From Balamuthia mandrillaris (taxonomy: Eukaryota), in the NCBI GenBank assembly GCA_031835245.2, contig JAVKOQ020000003.1, positions 310,001-374,000 on the forward strand: DNA of 64,000 nt, in the 5' to 3' direction. Below the pieces are notes generated by a model. The model saw only the letters and a program-made list of their open reading frames with translations. It was not told where the DNA came from and did no database searches. Each line of letters opens with the position of its first letter. Position 1 is the first letter of the stretch. The translations under genes were made by a program, and so were the position numbers. Positions 26,601 to 42,724 of this stretch are shown here, piece after piece.

Positions 26601-26786
26601 CGATGCTAATTGTTTCACAGTTAAAATAGGTACAGGGAAGGTAAAGGTTGGCGCAACAAGAAGAAGAACGAGTTGTTGGTACCTTCATTATAGCACCTAT
26701 TCGATTTTCAACAATGAAGAAAAGGGGAGATGTGCCTCCTGATGTCCTGTTCACAGAACACATGATGTCAAAAAAAGATTTTAAAG

Positions 26787-26852
<66 letters not shown>

Positions 26853-28280
26853 CAGAAGAATTTAACCTGGCATATTTCAGAGTGGCATTACAGTCCAATA
26901 AATGTTCGGTGATCTGCAGTGCGTCTCTGCATTGCTTCTTTGCCTTATTGAACCCCAAAAAGTCCGACTCGGAAGCTCCTTGCAACTTGTTGCGAGCTTT
27001 GTGCAGCCTCTCCAAAGCGTTGCAAAGAGGGGTGGCGTGCCGGCCGTCCAAAGGATCGACGTCAACACCGTGTTTCAACAAGAAGCGAAGTGAGTTGACC
27101 GTTCCGTATTTGGCTGCTATATGAGTTGATGTAGTATTCTTGAACGTTCTCATTTTCACTATACCAATGTTAGACCAGTGGTCGTTCGGTAGAAGAGGAG
27201 AAAAATAGGGAAACGGTACCGTTTTGGCGAGCATCAGAGATGAGGAAGCGAAGAAATTCAACATCATCAGTGCGTCTGATGGCATACAGGAGTGTTGCTC
27301 GTTTGCTCCGTTTGGTAATCGTCTCATAATCTTTTCTTTCAGGTGTTCCTTCCTATAAGCCCCAAAACGAGGAGAGGATGATAAGAAAAGAAGGAGAGAG
27401 AGAGAGAGGAGAGAGAGAAAGTGCGAACCTTTGGAACGCCACTTATGTCGATGTGGTGTTTGAACAATAAACGAGCAACCTCGAAGCCAACTTTGCATTT
27501 AATGGCAAGCGAGAGCACTGTGTGGTGCTTTGAGACCAATGAGTAAGCAATCCGAGGGACGAGAGTGAAGAAATAAAGACAGAGGAGAAACAAGAAAGAG
27601 CTTACGTGCTAATGGCATGGTCATTGTGGATTGGTTCGTGTTTAAAGAAAGCCGTGAACAGTGAAAACGGAGAACAAATAGGAAGAAGAGAAACAAAGCA
27701 CTTACATTCTAACAAGCAAACATAAAAGCAAAACAAAAGCCCGTTACAAAAAAAAAAAAAAAAAGGTTAAAAAGAGGTATTAGTGACAAGAACAAAAGGA
27801 GACTGAAACAAACATCCTGCAGTAAGGAATGAGGTGAGTTTATTGCACAAGGACGAAGAAAGAGGGAGCAAAGAAAGTTTCGTACTTCTTCTAAAATGTC
27901 GTCTTCAGAGAAGGCATCGGTGGCGAGCATCAGGTCCAACATTTCAACTCTTCCAAACTGAGCGGCTATGTGAAACGCATTTCGGCTTTCCTGTACAATA
28001 AAGTTGAAAGAAAGAACGAAAGAAACCACAAGAAAGAAAGAAAGAAACGACAAGAAAGAAAGAAAGAAAGAAACGACAAGAAAGAAAGAAACCACAAGAA
28101 ACTACAAAAAGAAACACACCTCTTTCTCAGTGAGGGCAGCCGAGCTGGCTATATCGCTGCCTTTTTTTCCTTCGTGAGCCGAAGCATCCTCTTCTTTTAT
28201 GAACTCTATAGACTGCAAACATGGAGAGAAGGAGAGAGAGAGAGAGAGAGAGAGAGGGATAAAGAGAGAGAGAGAGGAAA

Positions 28281-28324
<44 letters not shown>

Positions 28325-29239
28325 ACAACATAAAACAATGTAATAAGCGAGCAGAGAAGGAAGAGTTAAGCGAAAAGAGAGCAGAGAGACAGTGAAACGA
28401 GAGAACAGAGGAGACGAACTTTAACGCTAGGGTCAGCACCGAGGTCTAAAAGATAAGCTGCAATGTCGTCGTGGCCGTACTTGATGGCAAACTGAAGCGG
28501 CGTGTAAGCAACTGGGTTGCCTATTCCTTTTGCCAAGTGCTTAAAAAATATTTGTTGAGAACTTCGAAGAAAGCAGAGGGAGTGAACAGAGAGAGAAAGG
28601 GAGAGAAGCAAGTGAACAAAGTGGAGTGAGGATGGCGTAAAGTACCTCTCCAGGAAGGCAAGCCTAGGGAACCGGCGGCATTCAACAGCGATACGAAAAA
28701 CCAAAGCGTAAGCACAAAACAAAAAAAAGAAATAATAAAATAAGAGGCACCTGCAGGTTGATATACGCCTCGACGTCCTTAGTGTCTTCCACCAGCTCGA
28801 CCACAGCGGCAAGGTCTCCGCTTCGGACGGCAAAACAGAGGTCCATAGCTTCCGGGCTTTCATCCCAGTCCTGTACGAGAGCTCTTCTCCGGTTATGGTC
28901 CTCTGCGTTTCTGCTCTTCTTCCTGCCGATGTTTCTCAGCCGTTTTCGTCGACCGGCTCCTTTTTTGAGGGTGTTCTTCACCCTGCGGAGCCAAACGGCC
29001 GACCTTTTCAGCGGGGGACTCGCTTCGTCACCCTCATCCCCCTGGTCAACGTCCTCATCCAAGTAGGCCAGTTGGTCGGCTGAAGTTCCTCCCTCTGCGT
29101 TAGCAAGTTGTTTTGGTGGTTGTTCCGGTTCTTCGTCCATCTCGGTTTCGATATTGCTGTCTTCTGTCTCCTCTGAAAATGAATGCTGATTGGCGTCTTC
29201 TTCTCCTTCCCATATGCTGTCTTCTTCATGACTGCTCAT
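23617..29239 (-). CDS. Ankyrin-repeat + polycystin-2 (TRPP/PKD2)-like cation channel, paralog A
   Basis: Ankyrin repeats (TPLQFAIKYG, NAFHIAAQFG, HIAAKYG); TOP-domain motifs QLRQFRVEPGSC and WLDELTRGVFIEFT.YNPNINLF; pore FRTAVGDGDF; S6 MLLNLLIAMLSTSY. Confidence 0.88.
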
Positions 29240-29536
29240 TGTGACCGGTATGATAGCAAAGCAACTGTATGTACAAGTTACTCGATTAGATGAATAAGAA
29301 GGAAACTGGAAGGGTGGGAAAAATTACCTTGAAGACAGCAATCCGCCCTTTGTTTTGTGCAGAGAAAGTTAAAGCAGCACCGCAAGTGTTTTGTGTGTAG
29401 TGCAGGATGCGCAACAAAGAAAATAAAATAAAGAAACAAACAAACAAAACAGTGAATTCAGGGTGCACGAGTCTCAATAAACGTATCTGTGAATTTCCAA
29501 ACGAGGGATTGCCGATAAATGAGAGGACACCGCCAT

Positions 29537-29676
29537 CCAATCAGATCGCGCCGAATTTAATTAATCATATGCTGACGTAACCTTGTCGCCACAAATATAC
29601 CACTGACGTCATAGGTTAATGACGTAAGCTTAGTCGACAGATAAAGATGACATCATCGGAATGACGTAAGCGTCAC
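29537..29676. promoter_or_regulatory. Cluster of CRE-like TGACGT sites in a divergent intergenic region
   Basis: TGACGT at 29573, 29604 (full TGACGTCA), 29620 and 29662; CCAAT near 29537; lies between divergent starts at 29239 and 29707. Confidence 0.55.
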
Positions 29677-29706
29677 ATCAATATATTGATTTTCGGGTCG
29701 ACCCGG

Positions 29707-31458
29707 ATGGAACCAAGAGGAAAGATGAAAAAAGAAGAGAGGGTGGCTCGCGGCAACACCGGCTTTGCCATCAGTCCCGCTAGCATCCATGGTTGCAGGG
29801 TCGCTCTCTCTCCGCTCGGCACCTCTTCAGACACGTTTGTCGCCTCACGCTCCTCCGTTTATCAATTGAAGTTCAGCACTTCCTCCGATGCAGATTTGAC
29901 CTCTTCTTCTCCTTACGATGGCATGACTGCTCTGTCAGTGGAGGCAACGCCTCTTTCCTTGTGCTTTCCTCATCGCGCTGAAATACAAGACCTTCAAACT
30001 TCTTCTACTTTATCCGATGGCGACAGCTTCTTCTTGGGAGCGAGCGATTCCACCGGACGTACCACCGTCTCTCTGCTTCGTCTGCATGGGGGAGAGGACA
30101 GAATTGGTGCTGGTGGTGGTTTCGCTCTGGCCTCGCTTCCTTCTGCTGGGGAGTGGGGCTGGTCTGGCGTTGCTCTCGCTCCGCTTTCCTCCTCTTCGCT
30201 TTTGGTATGTCAACGCTCTCTTCGCTCTCCTCTCTCACTTTATCTCTCTCGTTCTTCGTTCTCTCCCTGACCTTTGAGAACTCCTTGAGGAAAGACTGCA
30301 ACAGCAAACCACTTTGGCAAATGCGTTCAGTTCTTTGAGAACGACAGTTGCGTTCGTCGGGTTTACACTTTGCATCGTCCCACTCAGCTTTGCTTTCTTC
30401 CCCCGCCTTCATCCGCTTCCTCTTCCTCTTCAGATGCTTCTGCTGCTGCTTCAAACACGAGTCCGTTGCTTCTTGTCACGGAACGGAATCATCTCAGCCT
30501 TTGGGATGTTCGAATGGCTGAGAAGAACGGCTGTGCCAATCGCTTTGTTGTTCGTTCTTGTTTCTTCGTGCTCCTCTTGCCTTTCTTCTCGCTTCTTTTG
30601 TCTTTCTTTTTCCTAAACGATAGAAAAACAGATGGGAACAAATGATGAATTGTTGGCATTGAGCTGTGGCAACAACGTGATAGCGGTGGCAGGAGAAGGT
30701 CGCACTGTCTCCACATTCGATCTGCGCATCACTGCTCCGTTGGCACGTTGGGCCGCCGCCACCAAGTACGCCACTACTGCGTTGCTTTTTCTTCATTCAG
30801 GAAGAAAAGAGAACGTTGTTGGAGCCATGGATGACCTGTGTCTTGCCGCTGGGCTTGATTCGGAGGCACGCCTTCTTTCTTGCGTTTTTCTCTCTCTTCA
30901 TCGTTCTCTTCTCTTCATCGTTCACTTCTCTTCGCTTCTCTTCTCTCTTCTCGTTCTGGGCATCTAGTCTCTCTTTCTTCTTTTGCTGAACAGGAAAATT
31001 ATAGTTGGTTTGTGCAGACTGGGCGTCTTCCAGTAATCTTCGAAGAGGGACTAAAGCCAAAGCCTTTCATGGTGACTCTCGTTGGATAGGAATTCAAAAG
31101 GTTCTTCTCTCTCCTCTCTCTCTCTCGTCTAGTTTCTCGGTTATCTTTATCTCATATCATTGTTCAGCAACAAGAGGGAAGCAAAGAACGAGTTGTGGGG
31201 GTAACAGAACAAGGAAGCGTGTACATCATTCACAACGCTGCAGAAGAGCTTCTTCTTAGCAATGAGAACGATAAGAAAAACAAACAAGAAGACAAAGCAA
31301 ACAAAGGAAAAAGAAAGTTATCTGCTGCTGAATCGCCAGAACAACGACAACGACAACAACAACGAAGGGATAAAACAGAAAAACAACAACAGAACCATAA
31401 AAAGAGAATGATCAACAAACAAGCAAAACAACAAGGAGAAGAAGAAGTACAAAAGTAA
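29707..31458 (+). CDS. WD40-like beta-propeller protein, multi-exon
   Basis: HRAEIQDL, LSLWDVR, VSTFDLR...ARW, FHGDSRWIG; charged C-terminal tail. Confidence 0.65.
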
Positions 31459-31470
31459 ACCACGTTCCTT

Positions 31471-34400
31471 TCACAAAAGCATTATATTTGCTTCATCATC
31501 TCCAACTCTTGACAAGACATCATCCATTTTCTTGTGCAACTTGTTGAGACTGCGTCCAATCTTTTGTTGCACACTGTCCAATTGTTTGATGGCTAGCTCC
31601 AAGTTGGCGATCTCTCCGCTCATAAGCGATGCAACTGCTCCGCCTTCTAGTTCTCTTCCTCCTTCGTCTTCATCGCCAATGATAGTGAAGCTCTCTTCTT
31701 TGTCTTTTTGTCTCTCTGTTCCATCTTTGTTGTTGGCTGAAGAGCGTATCCCTGTTGCGACGGTGTTCTTTCGTTGCACTTTAGATACTAGAATCTTGGA
31801 GTAACCATCACTGCCAAACTGAATGATGTTTCTCTCCTCCTTCTCTTTCTCTTTCCTTTTGCTCTTTCGCAGACGACTCTTGCTTCTCCCTTTGTTGTTG
31901 TCGTTAAGGAAGAAGTCACTTATGTTGCTGGAAGACCAGTCGGAAGGCGGAGGAGGGACCGGAGCTTTACATATCGCCATTTCTTCCAGCTCCGTGTCAC
32001 TGCTGTTTCCATCTCTGGAAGTTTCGTCATCAAAGTATTGCTTGCCTGCTTTCTGTTTGATAAACCTTTTGAACTTGTTATCCTTTTATGTTTTTTTTTT
32101 TTAAAAAAATTGGTAACCACGTTAGCACAATAGGAAGAATGCGTATTCTTACAAAGAGAACAAACAAGAGGCTTACCTTCGTGTAGTCTTCGTTATAAGT
32201 TAAAACGAGAAAGGCAAAGTTGAGACAGTATTCCAAGTTGGCTTTTTCGATAACCTCAGCGTAGGATGTACTCAACATAGCAATCAACAAGTTCAGCAAC
32301 ATAATACCTGTTTTAAACAACCATTGCTGTTAGATTTTATGTCATAGAAGAGAAGCAAAGACAGAGAGAACAAAATAGAGAGAGGAGAGAACGAACTGGA
32401 AATGATGATGTAAATGAGATACAGCATGATAGATCCAAAGTGAAGTTCTTGAGATGCCACATCGAAATCTCCATCTCCAGTCGCTGTACGAAACATGGTA
32501 ACCCTTTGCAAAGAGAAAGCGTGAACCTCAGGATTGCAGAAAAGAAAGAATGGGTGTTGCGTACATGGACCAATAAGTGGCACGATAGGACCACTCTGTA
32601 GAACCCAACAAAAGGAACAAAGCTATGCTGAACGAGAGAATGAACACTATAAACACGCTTCCCCACACGAATAAAGCCCTCACCATCTGTTTCGGAACCA
32701 GTTCAGCTTTTCTTTTTGTTGCATATTATCTTTTTTCTTGCAGGAAGAGAAGCAACATACCCTATTGACCACAATAAGTAGAACTCCGATGTGTTGCTGT
32801 ACTCTCAAAAACTTTAAAAGTTTGGCCCATCCCAACACCAAAACTATTTTGGTAGGCAGTATAGTTAGCAGAACATGAGGAAGAGAGAAAGAGAGATAAA
32901 GTAAAGGAGAGACAGAGAGAGACGAGAAACGGAACGCAACTCAAAGCAATAACGTGGAACTGGTAATTGCGATACCGGGCCAAACGTTGAAAGCTGACAT
33001 AGTCGGTGTCATCAGCCTCCCAATCCAGGCTGCTAACGATGCCAACCTCTATGAAGCGGAAGATAGCCAGCACCACAAAACTTACGTACATCAGAACGTC
33101 CACTGCATTCCATCCGTTCAGAAAGTATTGACGTTTCTCCACAATCACCTGCATAAATATTGTGAATATTGCGAAGAAGAAACGAGAAAAATCACCTACA
33201 ATAACAACCAATGAAGAAGACAAACAACTAACAGAAGCAACAAACCTCTTTGATCTCAATGAGAACGTAAACGGTAACCCAAATGCCAATAACGATTTCC
33301 ATTGCTAGTTCAGCCCAATCCCCAGATGATTCATATGTGGTTCGTTATTAAAGAATCTATCAACGGATAAGAACACAAAAAATGATGGAAAAAAAGAAAA
33401 GAACACAGAAAAAAGAACATGTGAAAAGGATATCTCAAAAGCTTCACGGTGAAGAACTGAGAAGAAGGATAAACAATGCCACCGCGAGGCATGTCCCACA
33501 TGATCCTTACAACGCTGAACAAGTTGATATTTGGATTGTAAACTGTGAACTCTATGACGACGGCACGTGTCATCTCGTCGATCCAGTTGTTCTCATAGAG
33601 TTCTGTCAGTTTCGTGAATGTGGCGTTGGCATCCCTTGTGTCGAGAGTCACTTCGTAGCCTCCCCGCTCAGGAAAGAGTTCTTCCAGTTTACTTATGAAT
33701 GATTCTCTGTCAGAAGGTTCTGAATACGTCCAACTGTTGTTCCGTAGAAATGATAGTAACGTTAGACAAAGCGGCCTATAAAAAGAGACAACAAAATGGA
33801 AGAATTCTCTCCTACCCTTCGCCGCCAGGACCATAAGTACCAGTGAACTCGTTCTCTTCAGAATATTCTCCATAACATTCACCGTTAACAGCCAATGCTT
33901 CATAGTCGCTCGTGGCGAGATCGCATGTGCCCGGTTCCACTCGGAATTGTCTAAGTCGCATCTTGTTGGTAACGATCCGGTTGTAGCGCATCACGAAAGC
34001 GGTTTCGGGTACAAAGAAGTTGAGATATAACGGTCCTGTTATCCACTTTATGTGCATTTATTTTTTCAGTTACCATGATCGGAAAGAAACAGGGTGACGA
34101 ACGAAAAAGGAGGTTTTCGTACAGTCCATATTTCAGGAACTTGATCAGTATCCGCAAAGTACTTCTTAAAGTCGCCTGGAGTTCCCGTTCTACTGTGAAA
34201 AGGACGATCGAGGTAAAATTGTTCTCCAACAGTTCGCACTCGCAATGATTTTTCAAAGTAAAAAGCCTCCGAATGAACATCGGTATTGGTCAACAACATC
34301 ACTGTTAATCAGAAAAGATACGGAACGGTTCAGAACTTCATACAAAGCCATTAACGCAATCGAAAGCCCAGCAATATGAAACTTACTGACAGTAAACAAA

Positions 34401-34851
34401 ATAAGGAAAGCAAAGTAGGTGAGGAAACTGAGCCAGAAACGAAACTTGGGGTGAGATAGCACATATCCCCAGTTTTCTTGCCACCAAGCAGGATAGATCT
34501 GGAGGTTGAGTCTCCAAGTTTTGTTTATCGTGCTTTGGATACTCTTGTGCTGTAATGCAAAATAGTTTAGGCTTTACGAACGAATAAAGAATGAGAAAAA
34601 GAGAGGCATTACTGTCATCAAGGAACCAATTCTTTGAGTTACTATGAAAAGGAGAGGAGACATGCCGTCCGAAGTTCTGTAGTTGACCATCGTTATTGAT
34701 ATTCATAACAAAGAACATTAGCAGAAAAAGTGACTACTTACTTTGCATATTTAACTGTGGCATTGCAATCCAGCAAATATTCTGCAATCTGGAATGCATC
34801 TCTATAACACGTTGAGGAACAAAAACCCGTGTGTGTATATATGTGTGTGTG

Positions 34852-34884
<33 letters not shown>

Positions 34885-34894
34885 ATATATGTGT

Positions 34895-34984
<90 letters not shown>

Positions 34985-37614
34985 TTCGTAACAAGAGAAG
35001 TCATACTTGCACTCTTTGTTCGCTTTTTGTAGGGCCTGTGAATCCAGTTCTTGAGCTTGCCTCAGTTTGTTTCGCATTTTTGCTAGCTTTTCCAAAGCAA
35101 GACAAAGTGGAGTAGAATAACGAATGTCCAATGGATCCACTTCCGCTCCGTTCTTCAAAAAGTAACGTAACGTATTCAGGGAACCGTATTTGGCTGCAAT
35201 GTGAGTTGGGGTAGTGTTCTTGAACGTTCGCATGTTTACTGTATTGTGTTCATTCAATCGAGTTTAAGTTAAAGAATGAAAGAGAGGAAGCAGAAAAGCA
35301 GAGGAGGAGGAGGAGGAAGAAGAAGAAACAAAAAGAATTAGAAGAACCACCGTCAAGATGCACATCGGTAATGAGGAAACGAATAAAGTCGACATCATCT
35401 AGTTTTTTAACGGCGTAAAGGAGAGTCGCTCTTTTGCTTCTTTTTGTAACTGTTTCGTATACCACTCGAGCTTGTGTATCTTCCTGATAGGTTTTGTTAG
35501 GGTTAAGCAAATAATTTTTTTTTCAAAGAGCAACGAAGTACTTGGGGAATGCCGCTTATGTTTACATCATACTGAACAAGCAACCTAGCGACCTGTGGTC
35601 CTACTTTGCCTTTAATAGCCAAAGTGATGACATTGTGATGCTGTTCACGAAAAGAGAGAGGCACTTAGTGTGGTTGAAGACTATTAGATACAGTCGGCCG
35701 AAGAAAGACGTACGTGCTATTATTCAGAAAGTGAAGCGCATTAGAATGAATAAACGATAAAGGAACAAACAGGAGCATACTTACATTCTAAGGAACGAGG
35801 TCACGTAGATAAGAGGTCATAGCAGAACAAGGAAAAGAGAAGAAAGATATAACAACAGAGGGCAGACAAAAGAAGATATTCATAAGGATAATGTGAAAAA
35901 TGCTCAAGTAGACAAAAACAGACGTACATCCTAATGAAAACGCACAAGAGTCAGTTATACTACCCACATACAAGAAACCATCCGAAAGACTGACCTCATT
36001 TAGCAAGTCCTTCTCAGCAAAGCGCTTTCCTGAGAGCATAAGCTCTATCAACTGTGCTCTTCCATATTGCGCAGCCACATGAAAAGCATTGCGACATTCC
36101 TGTTGAATGATAATAAGTGGGAAATATACAGAAAAGAAATCATAAAGAACTTCAAAAGTTATTCACCGCTTTTCTGTATCTACAACAATCATCACCAGGT
36201 CTTTTGGAAGTCGTATGTAATTGTACTTCCTCGCCTTCTACATCTTCTATGTATTCCAGAGACTGCCTTGTTTTGTTAATGTCATAAATAACAAAAGAGA
36301 ATGTGCTGTAAAGAAGCGAAAGAAGAAAGTAGAAAGAAGAAGACTTTGAAAAACAGCGAGAGAACGAAAGCAACCTTAACAAGAGGATCAGCACTAGCGT
36401 CTAGCATGAATGCCACGAGGTCGTCATGTCCATACTTAATGGCGTACTGTAAGGGAGTATATGAAACAGGATTTGAGTTGTTTCGGGACACGAACTGTTT
36501 TCCGTTCGGTTTGACGGCGGGAAAATGAGAGATGGATTAAGTTAATGAAAAAAAAAATAGAAGAAGAAGAAGAACAAGAAGAACAAGAAGAAGAAGAAGA
36601 AGAACAAGAAGAAGAACAAGAAGAACAAGAAGAACAAGAACAAGAAGAAGAACAAGAACAAGAAGAAGAACAACAACAAGAACAACAAGAAGAAGAACAA
36701 GAACAAGAACAAGAACAAGAACAATAAGAACAAGAACAAGAACAATAAGAAGAAGAACAAGAACAAGACAAGAAGAAGAACAAGAACAAGAAGAAGAACA
36801 AGAACAAGAACAAGAACAAGAACAAGAACAAGAACAAGAACAAGAACAAGAACAAGAACAAGAACAAGAACGAAGAACAAGAATGAAGAACGAAGAACAG
36901 AAGAACAGAAGAACGAACGCAAGCAAGCAAGAAAGAAAGAAACGACAAGAACAAAAGAAAGAAAACGAAAGGAAATCATAATCATAACATTACCTCTCCT
37001 GGAAGATAACACTGTGTTGGCACGAAAAAAAATACAATGAAAGAAATTTAAGTCAGAAGACGGTAACCAAAACAAAAACAAGAAGAGAAGAGAAGAAGAC
37101 AACTGAAAATACTAACTCGTTGGTTAAGAAACTTGGCAGGAGAGCCCTTCAACTCCTCCAACACTTCCACCACAGCACTCTTCTGCCCCTCTCGAATGGC
37201 CAAGCAGAACTGGTACAGTGCCGACCCTTCGGCGCTGCTTCGCAAGTGCCTGTTTTTCTTGGAAGGAGAGATCAGATGTTTCTTCCGCATGGACTCCAGC
37301 CTCAGTTTGTTCTTCCTGACACGCTCAACAAAGCCGCTCATTCGTCGCTGGCTCAGCTTGCCGCTGCGAGCGAGCGGTGGTTCTGCTCGGTGGGCATTGC
37401 CTTTGGTTTGTTGGGCTTCTTCTTTTTCTTGTTGTTGTTGTTGTTGTTGTTGTTCTTCTTCCGTTTCTTCCTCGTCGGACTCGTCGTCGGACGTATCTCC
37501 TTGGTGGTGGTGGTCTTCTTTTTTCTTTGGCTTTAGGTGGTGATGCTCACTCTCGCGTTCCTCCGAAGAGGAGTTACCAGAGGAGGACATAGCAGCGGAG
37601 CTGGACGCGGCCAT
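31471..37614 (-). CDS. Ankyrin-repeat + polycystin-2 (TRPP/PKD2)-like cation channel, paralog B
   Basis: Same motif order as paralog A: TPLQYAIKYG, TPTHIAAKYG, RLRQFRVEPGTC, WIDEMTRAVVIEFTVYNPNINLF, FRTATGDGDF, MLLNLLIAMLSTSY. Confidence 0.88.
34829..34980. repeat. (GT/AT)n plus (GA)n compound microsatellite inside an intron
   Basis: Directly visible. Confidence 0.95.
36558..36900. repeat. (GAA/CAA/GAACAA)n intronic microsatellite
   Basis: Directly visible. Confidence 0.95.
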
Positions 37615-38643
37615 CGGTGTTATATAGGCCGCAGCGGTTTGCGTCGTCTGTATTGTTTCAACAAAAAAATAAAATAAAAATTAGGCTGATGACAAACAAC
37701 AGATAACGCTCGTTAACCTCTCCGATTTTGGTCCAAGTTTTCTTGTTTCACTCATTTTCTCCTTTGTAGAAAAATTCGAACACTTTGCGTTACTCCCGTT
37801 CATTAATCAATCCTAATTAGGATCACGGAGTTAAAAATAACCATACTAGGTCAAAGGAGTTAATGAATAGATCTGATCACCCAATCATATCCGTTGGTTA
37901 ATTGATCTGTTTGTAACCGGAGAAGCTCGCAACGGTTTATGTTTTCGCTGATTTGAGCAAAGTGGGTGTGAGTTAACAGGGGCTGGTGCACTTGCCTTTT
38001 GGGCTGCGGTTGTTGCTATGGGCGGGAAGGCCCAGGCCCCTCCACGTTAAGGTCCGTGTTGCTGTGTTATGTGCGCGGAGAGGAATACGAAACAAGCGAA
38101 AGAAGAAAAGAAGAACCCAAGCGACAAAGCGGAGGTGAGCGAACTGTTCTTTTCTTTGGCTTCCTTTTTGTTTGCGGTCTTCGGGAGAGACGTGCAGCAC
38201 GCGGACGATAAGCGATGGTTCAAGTTCAAGGGGGATCTACTTTGATGCCGCTCTGAACGCACGTCCGGAGCTATATATACACGCGGCACAAGATCCCGTT
38301 CTATTGGGTGAGGCTGCGTGAGTTGAAGGCGTTTAGTGGAGAGGAGAGAGAAGTGGAGGAGTACCTGAAACCGTTTAAGAAGAAGCAGGAGGAGAGGAGG
38401 CGTCATGGTTTGGAACGAGAGGAAGAAGAGGAGGCATTCTTTCATTCGACGATGAACGTATGATGAGAATAAATGTGTGGAAGATTTAAATGCAAGTGGT
38501 TACTGGCAAATGCATTGGCGGGATTGTTGTTGTTGTTTAACCTCGGTTCGGTTGTGGATGCTCGTTCAAGCCCGTCTAAAATCGAGGAATATGAAATAGA
38601 CGTTGAGGGAGAGGGAGAGGGAGAGGGAGAACCTTGGCTAAGG

Positions 38644-39490
38644 CTACATGGATTGATTCCACCTTTTCATTCCTAGGCTGTGTTTGACGTCTCTTTGCAC
38701 AAGCACGCTGGCAGTCGATGTCAGAGAAAGGACAGGTACGTTAGGGTATCTGCGTCTGAAGAAGCGCATCTCTCGATAGTCAGCACTGAATACACTGCTC
38801 CATTTGGATGCACACTGCGCCTCGTCAAACACAACGCGACCTAGTTTGCCGTGATACAGAGTGTCCAACGAGCTCTCTATCTTGGCGAAGTATTTGGCTC
38901 TAGCAGGAGTAAGAAAGAGCACCATGATGTACGGCGTGGGGTGCGCAGCAGCAAAGAGTTTGCTGGTCTCAGCGTAGGGAAGCTGCGCGCTTAAGTGGGC
39001 TACAGGGATGCCACGACTCTGCAAGAATGCTACTTGATCATGAATGAGAGAAAGGAGAAATAACAATGGTCATTCCACGCTCACATGCTGCTGGTGTAGC
39101 TGTAGAGTGGCTACTTAAGCGAACGTGACAACAAGGAGGAGGAAAATGATGAGAGGGAGCAAACGTGATAACATAAACTTTTACCACCTGCAGAAGGCAA
39201 CAAAAGCAAACAGTCGCGCTTGGACATCGTGACGTTGATTGCCTCTCGTTGGAAAGGACGAAAGCCTTGGTGGCCAAAGAGGGTGCTATTGAGTTGTTGG
39301 ATCTGCTCTTCCCACGAGAATGCTCTCGCCCAATTCTGCTTGCACCCTACTTTTCCTTTGTCAGTTGGTGTTTCTGTGTCTGTTTTATTAGCGAGTTTCG
39401 AATGGTGAATGAATAATCCGATTCTCGCCAACACAATCGATAAATTCAAAAATTAATTGTTTTGCTTCATCGTACGAGGTTGTTCCATAA
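38644..39490 (-). pseudogene. Degenerate partial RecQ helicase copy (first RecA-like domain only)
   Basis: FGHQGFRPFQREAIN, LPSAGGKSLCYH, VFDEAQCASKWS, YPNVPVLSLTSTA; frameshift near 39048; ends at 38644 before the second domain. Confidence 0.65.
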
Positions 39491-39603
39491 AATCGTTGAT
39501 TTCATCCAACCTCGATCGTCCGCCCTCGTTCTTCCGTTAATGGCGTCCGCTTTCCAACGTAATAGATTCAATCTGACTTTTCTCAGTCTCAGTCTGCTTC
39601 TCG

Positions 39604-42724
<3,121 letters not shown>

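Noticed and set aside
37973..38676. Short ORFs between channel paralog B and the RecQ fragment
   Set aside because: No recognisable motif or consistent exon structure, so a gene call cannot be supported.
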